DNA from: a virus
Lineage: Duplodnaviria > Caudoviricetes
Direction: 5' to 3' (one strand)
DNA: 41,108 nt
IMG/VR virus record: IMGVR_UViG_3300034416_000067
Span: 1-41,108 of that record
Position 1 is the first letter of the stretch, and every line of letters starts with the position of its first letter. The translations under genes were made by a program, and so were the position numbers. Below, piece after piece: positions 37,412 through 41,108 of the stretch. The notes below the pieces were generated by a model, which was given only the letters and a program-made list of their open reading frames with translations, made no database searches and had not been told where the DNA came from.

Positions 37412-37810
37412 ATGAAAGAAATCATTAATACTATTCAAGTAATTATTGCAGTGGTCGGTGGCTACCTTGGCTATTTCCTGGGAGGCTTTGACGGCTTTCT
37501 GTATGCTCTGATAGCTTTTGTAGTTATCGACTACATTACAGGCATCATGGTTGCCATTCTCGAGAAGAGGCTTTCAAGTGAAGTCGGATTTAGAGGCATT
37601 TTCAAGAAGGTGCTGATATTCTCATTGGTTGCCATAGCTCACATTGTCGATGAACAGCTGATCAGAAGCGGAACTGCAATAAGAACCGCAGTTATCTTTT
37701 TCTATTTATCCAATGAGGGAATCAGCATCATTGAAAATACAGCAAAGATTGGATTGCCTGTGCCGGAGAAGCTAAAAACAGTCTTAGAACAGATAAATGA
37801 GGAGGATTAG
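37412..37810 (+). CDS. Holin (phage holin 4 / toxin-secretion family)
   Basis: LGGFDG, IDYITG, LSSEVGFRGIFKK, NEGISIIEN, GLPVP. Confidence 0.92.
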   Translation: MKEIINTIQVIIAVVGGYLGYFLGGFDGFLYALIAFVVIDYITGIMVAILEKRLSSEVGFRGIFKKVLIFSLVAIAHIVDEQLIRSGTAIRTAVIFFYLSNEGISIIENTAKIGLPVPEKLKTVLEQINEED

Positions 37811-37812
37811 CA

Positions 37813-38466
37813 ATGAGTAAATCAGTTTATTTAAGCCCATCAATGCAGGAGAACAATGTAGGCGTATTAAATTACGGGACAGAAGAAAGCAGGATGAACC
37901 AGATAGCAGATGTTGTGCAGAAGGTTCTTCAGAACTATGGTATTGACGTCTACAGGAACAGGCCTGAATGGAGTTTAGGGCAGGCGGTTAACGACAGTAA
38001 CAGAGTTAAACCGAATCTGCACTTTTGCATCCACAGCAATGCAGGAGGAGGCCGAGGAGCAGAAATCTATGCCTATGCTCCTTGTGGAGAAGGGGAGAAA
38101 GCTGCCAAGCTAATATATTCAGAGATATCTTCAATAACACCAACAGCAGATAGGGGAGTGCAGTTCAATCCAAGTCTATACGAGTTGCGGAACACTACTG
38201 CACCTGCTGTATTAGTCGAAGTAGCCTTTCATGACAGTGCTGAGGATGCGATATGGATCATGAACAACATCGAGAACATCGGTATTGCCCTTGCCAAGGG
38301 AGTTCTAAAGTATCTTGGCGTAGCTTATGTGGCAGCAAAGAATACTAGCGAAGGACAGAAACTTTATCACGTTCAGGTTGGAGCGTATGCGGATAAAGCA
38401 AATGCTGAAGCTATGCTTAAAAAGCTGAATGCTGCCGGCATTGAGGGATTCATAAAATATGAGTAG
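37813..38466 (+). CDS. Endolysin: amidase_3 catalytic domain plus SPOR domain
   Basis: IHSNAGGGRGAE, LYELRNT.APAVLVEVAFHD, YHVQVGAY. Confidence 0.9.
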   Translation: MSKSVYLSPSMQENNVGVLNYGTEESRMNQIADVVQKVLQNYGIDVYRNRPEWSLGQAVNDSNRVKPNLHFCIHSNAGGGRGAEIYAYAPCGEGEKAAKLIYSEISSITPTADRGVQFNPSLYELRNTTAPAVLVEVAFHDSAEDAIWIMNNIENIGIALAKGVLKYLGVAYVAAKNTSEGQKLYHVQVGAYADKANAEAMLKKLNAAGIEGFIKYE

Positions 38467-38481
38467 GTCCTCTCTAGCAAC

Positions 38482-38511
38482 TTGACTATCAAGCCGTTCA
38501 GAGTGATATAT
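38482..38511 (+). promoter_or_regulatory. Promoter-like motif TTGACT...GAGTGATATAT, copy 2, upstream of the recombinases
   Basis: Same motif and spacing as 16639-16668. Confidence 0.6.
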
Positions 38512-38545
38512 GTCACTGATAAGATGATAGAAAGGAGGGACTTTC

Positions 38546-39736
38546 ATGAGGGTTAGAATAATCGCACCAACAGTTAAGAGTTTGGATAAAAAGAAAAGAG
38601 TGTGTGCTTATGCAAGGGTGTCGACTGACAATTTCAAGCAGGGTGAATCCCTTGAGAACCAGGTGCAATACTACGAAAACCTGATCAAGAACAACCCGAA
38701 ATACGAGTTCGTAGAAGTGTTTGCTGACAATGGCATAACTGGTTCCTCAGCCAACCGGTCTGAATTCCAGAGGATGATTAAGCTCTGCAGAGAAGGCAAG
38801 ATTGATCTGATCATAACAAAATCAATTTCTAGATTTGCCAGAAGTACAATACTAATGCTTGAAACTGTAAGAGAACTGAAGGAACTTAGCGTTGACATAA
38901 GGTTCGAAAAAGAGAATATCAATACTTTATCTGGGGACGGTGAGCTAATGCTTACCGTCCTTTCTTCATTTGCAGAAGAGGAAGGCAGAAATGTAAGCGA
39001 ACATCTTAGGTGGAAATATAGAAACAAATTTAAGCAAGGGGAGCTGGTGATCAATACTAATAGGTTTTTGGGTTACGATAAAGACAAGAATGGCAACTTG
39101 GTGATCAACGAAGCTGAAGCAAGTATTGTAAAGAGGATCTTCCAAAAATATGTTGATGGCAAGGGATCTGGTAAAATAGCAAAGGAGCTAAATGCTGAGG
39201 GTGTTAGAACAGTCGGAAACAAACAATGGCATGGTTCAACAATATTAAAAATACTAAAGAATGAGAAGTATAAAGGAGATGCACAACTTCAGAAGTACTT
39301 CACTCCAAAGCATTTGAAAAAAATCTCGAAAAGAAATACTGGCGAGCTCGATAGTTATTACATCAAGAACAACCATCAAGCAATCGTTTCAGAAGCTTTG
39401 TGGGAGAAGGCTCAATTGGTACTAAGGAGAAGGTCAGAAGATAAGGGGAATACTAAATACCAGAATGAAAAGCTTCCTAAAAAGTATCCTATGACTGGAA
39501 TGCTGTACTGCAGCAAATGCGGAGCATCACTTAAGCGCAGGACATGGAACAGCAAATCCAGCTATAAAAAGGTAGTATGGCAGTGCAGCAATTACGTTAA
39601 GAATGGGAAAAATGCCTGTGAGGGCACAACAATAGAGGACACGATAGCCAGCAAAGCAAATATTATAGTACAAACCATTGTTAAGGAGGAGTATAGAAAT
39701 GGCGAAAAACATTACGTTTATACCGGCAAAAACTAA
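38546..39736 (+). CDS. Large serine recombinase 1
   Basis: AYARVST, TKSISRFAR, recombinase domain NEKYKGD, zinc ribbon CSKCG. Confidence 0.93.
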   Translation: MRVRIIAPTVKSLDKKKRVCAYARVSTDNFKQGESLENQVQYYENLIKNNPKYEFVEVFADNGITGSSANRSEFQRMIKLCREGKIDLIITKSISRFARSTILMLETVRELKELSVDIRFEKENINTLSGDGELMLTVLSSFAEEEGRNVSEHLRWKYRNKFKQGELVINTNRFLGYDKDKNGNLVINEAEASIVKRIFQKYVDGKGSGKIAKELNAEGVRTVGNKQWHGSTILKILKNEKYKGDAQLQKYFTPKHLKKISKRNTGELDSYYIKNNHQAIVSEALWEKAQLVLRRRSEDKGNTKYQNEKLPKKYPMTGMLYCSKCGASLKRRTWNSKSSYKKVVWQCSNYVKNGKNACEGTTIEDTIASKANIIVQTIVKEEYRNGEKHYVYTGKN

Positions 39737-41108
39737 CAGAGGTAATCTTGCTGAGAAGCTGACACCTCAGAAAAAGAGGGTTGCAGCGTATTGCAGAGTT
39801 TCAACTGATCAGGCCGAACAGCTCTCAAGTTATCAAGCGCAGGTTGCCTATTACACAGATTTTATCAGCAACAATCCAGACTATGATCTCGCAGGGATTT
39901 ATGCAGATGAAGGTATTTCAGGTACTAACACTAAGAAACGTGAGCAGTTCAATAAAATGATTGAGGATTGCAAAAATGGCAAAATAGATATGATCATAAC
40001 CAAGTCGATATCAAGGTTCGCAAGAAACACTTTAGATACCTTGAACAATGTGAGATTACTGAAGGAGTTAGGTATAAATGTGTTTTTCGAAAAAGAGAAC
40101 ATAAACACCCTGGATTCAAAAGGAGAAGTGTTATTGACAATAATTTCCAGTCTCGCGCAAGACGAGTCTAGGAACATTAGTGAGAACTCCACCTGGGGCA
40201 TAAGAAGAAAGTTTGAGCAGGGCAAAGTTACTGTGAACCACAAAAAATTCCTCGGTTATGACAAGGACGAGGAAGGCAATCTGATCATTAACGAAAAGCA
40301 AGCCAAGATAGTCAGAAGGGTATACACTGAATTTCTTAATGGGAAAACACCGAATCAGATAGCGAGAGATTTTGAAAAAGAAGGGATTATTAATTGGAAT
40401 GGAACGTCAAAATGGTATGAAAGCAGTATAAGAAAAATGCTTAGTAATGAAAAATACAAAGGTGATGCACTGCTCCAAAAGACTTACACAGTGGACTTTC
40501 TAACCAAGAAAAGGTTGGAGAATAAAGGCGAGGTTCCACAGTATTATGTTGAAGATAGCCATCCGGCAATTATCGATAAAGAATTATGGGAGATCGTGCA
40601 ACTCGAAATCGACAGGCGAAGAGAATTTGCAAGAGAACATAATACTAAAGTAAATGTAGCTAATCCCAATAATCCATTTGCCGGGAAAGTTATATGCGGA
40701 TCTTGCGGGAAGACGTATGGTAGAAAGGTTTGGAACTCCACCAATGAGAGATTGAGAAGACATGTTTGGGTATGCTGCGGGAAGTATGAAGTTAAGGGAG
40801 AAAAGGGTTGTTGCAATCGGCACATTGACGAAAGGGAATTGGAAAAGGCATTTATTAAGGGGTGGAATGCGCTTGTAAGCGAGAAGGAAAAGCACAAGTC
40901 GAGATGGAAAGAACAGCAGAAAGACGATAATCAGTTAATGCGATTTCGTGCAGGACAGTTCTTAAAAATGTTTGATGACATAGGGATGGTAAAAGAAGCA
41001 AAAGTAGATCATATCTTAACAACTATAGATTCAATAAGGGTTTTTGAAGAAGGGCAGCTTACAATTAAATTCTTAGAAGGATCTGAAGTTAGACTAGATT
41101 GGGAATAG
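39699..41108 (+). CDS. Large serine recombinase 2
   Basis: AYCRVST, DEGISG, KSISRFARN, CGSCG; ATG at 39699 after AAGGAGG. Confidence 0.93.
   Translation: MAKNITFIPAKTNRGNLAEKLTPQKKRVAAYCRVSTDQAEQLSSYQAQVAYYTDFISNNPDYDLAGIYADEGISGTNTKKREQFNKMIEDCKNGKIDMIITKSISRFARNTLDTLNNVRLLKELGINVFFEKENINTLDSKGEVLLTIISSLAQDESRNISENSTWGIRRKFEQGKVTVNHKKFLGYDKDEEGNLIINEKQAKIVRRVYTEFLNGKTPNQIARDFEKEGIINWNGTSKWYESSIRKMLSNEKYKGDALLQKTYTVDFLTKKRLENKGEVPQYYVEDSHPAIIDKELWEIVQLEIDRRREFAREHNTKVNVANPNNPFAGKVICGSCGKTYGRKVWNSTNERLRRHVWVCCGKYEVKGEKGCCNRHIDERELEKAFIKGWNALVSEKEKHKSRWKEQQKDDNQLMRFRAGQFLKMFDDIGMVKEAKVDHILTTIDSIRVFEEGQLTIKFLEGSEVRLDWE

Larger units (their letters stand above)
1..41108. mobile_element. Temperate siphovirus prophage (HK97-type head, DNA polymerase A replication module, tandem large serine recombinases)
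   Basis: Complete ordered set of regulation, replication, packaging, head, tail, lysis and integration genes, almost all on the + strand. Confidence 0.96.

Noticed and set aside
767-40897. Numerous short antisense or out-of-frame ORFs in the track
   Set aside because: Shadows of well-supported genes, without RBS or motifs

Overview
The window is an apparently complete ~41 kb temperate siphovirus prophage of a low-GC Firmicute, probably clostridial. No att sites are visible, because the window starts and ends on gene boundaries. From left to right: a small divergent HTH regulator; a sigma-70 region-4 protein; a replication module (DUF2800 nuclease, DUF2815 SSB, family-A DNA polymerase, Rha, VapE-type primase-helicase with an adjacent iteron origin, VRR-NUC, SNF2 helicase); an ArpU/RinA-type late activator; HNH and a cos-like region; a ParB-methyltransferase; HK97-type packaging and head genes; tail genes; holin and amidase; two large serine recombinases. 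Three cargo insertions stand out: (i) a 387-bp unit that duplicates the whole late promoter (125-bp direct repeat) and carries two unannotated GxxxG membrane micro-peptides; (ii) a self-contained hcp (hybrid cluster protein) moron; (iii) an HxlR regulator with two LUD-domain genes inside the tail operon. Non-coding signals include a three-copy TACYCAA-N13-GTCC motif (candidate promoter for the phage sigma-like factor), a switchable structured leader, a DnaA-box cluster upstream of the late activator, a probable +1 (not -1) frameshift in the tail chaperone, a homing endonuclease next to an atypical terminase N-terminal half, and several intrinsic terminators inside the late operon. Product calls rest on motif recognition and synteny only; no database searches were run.
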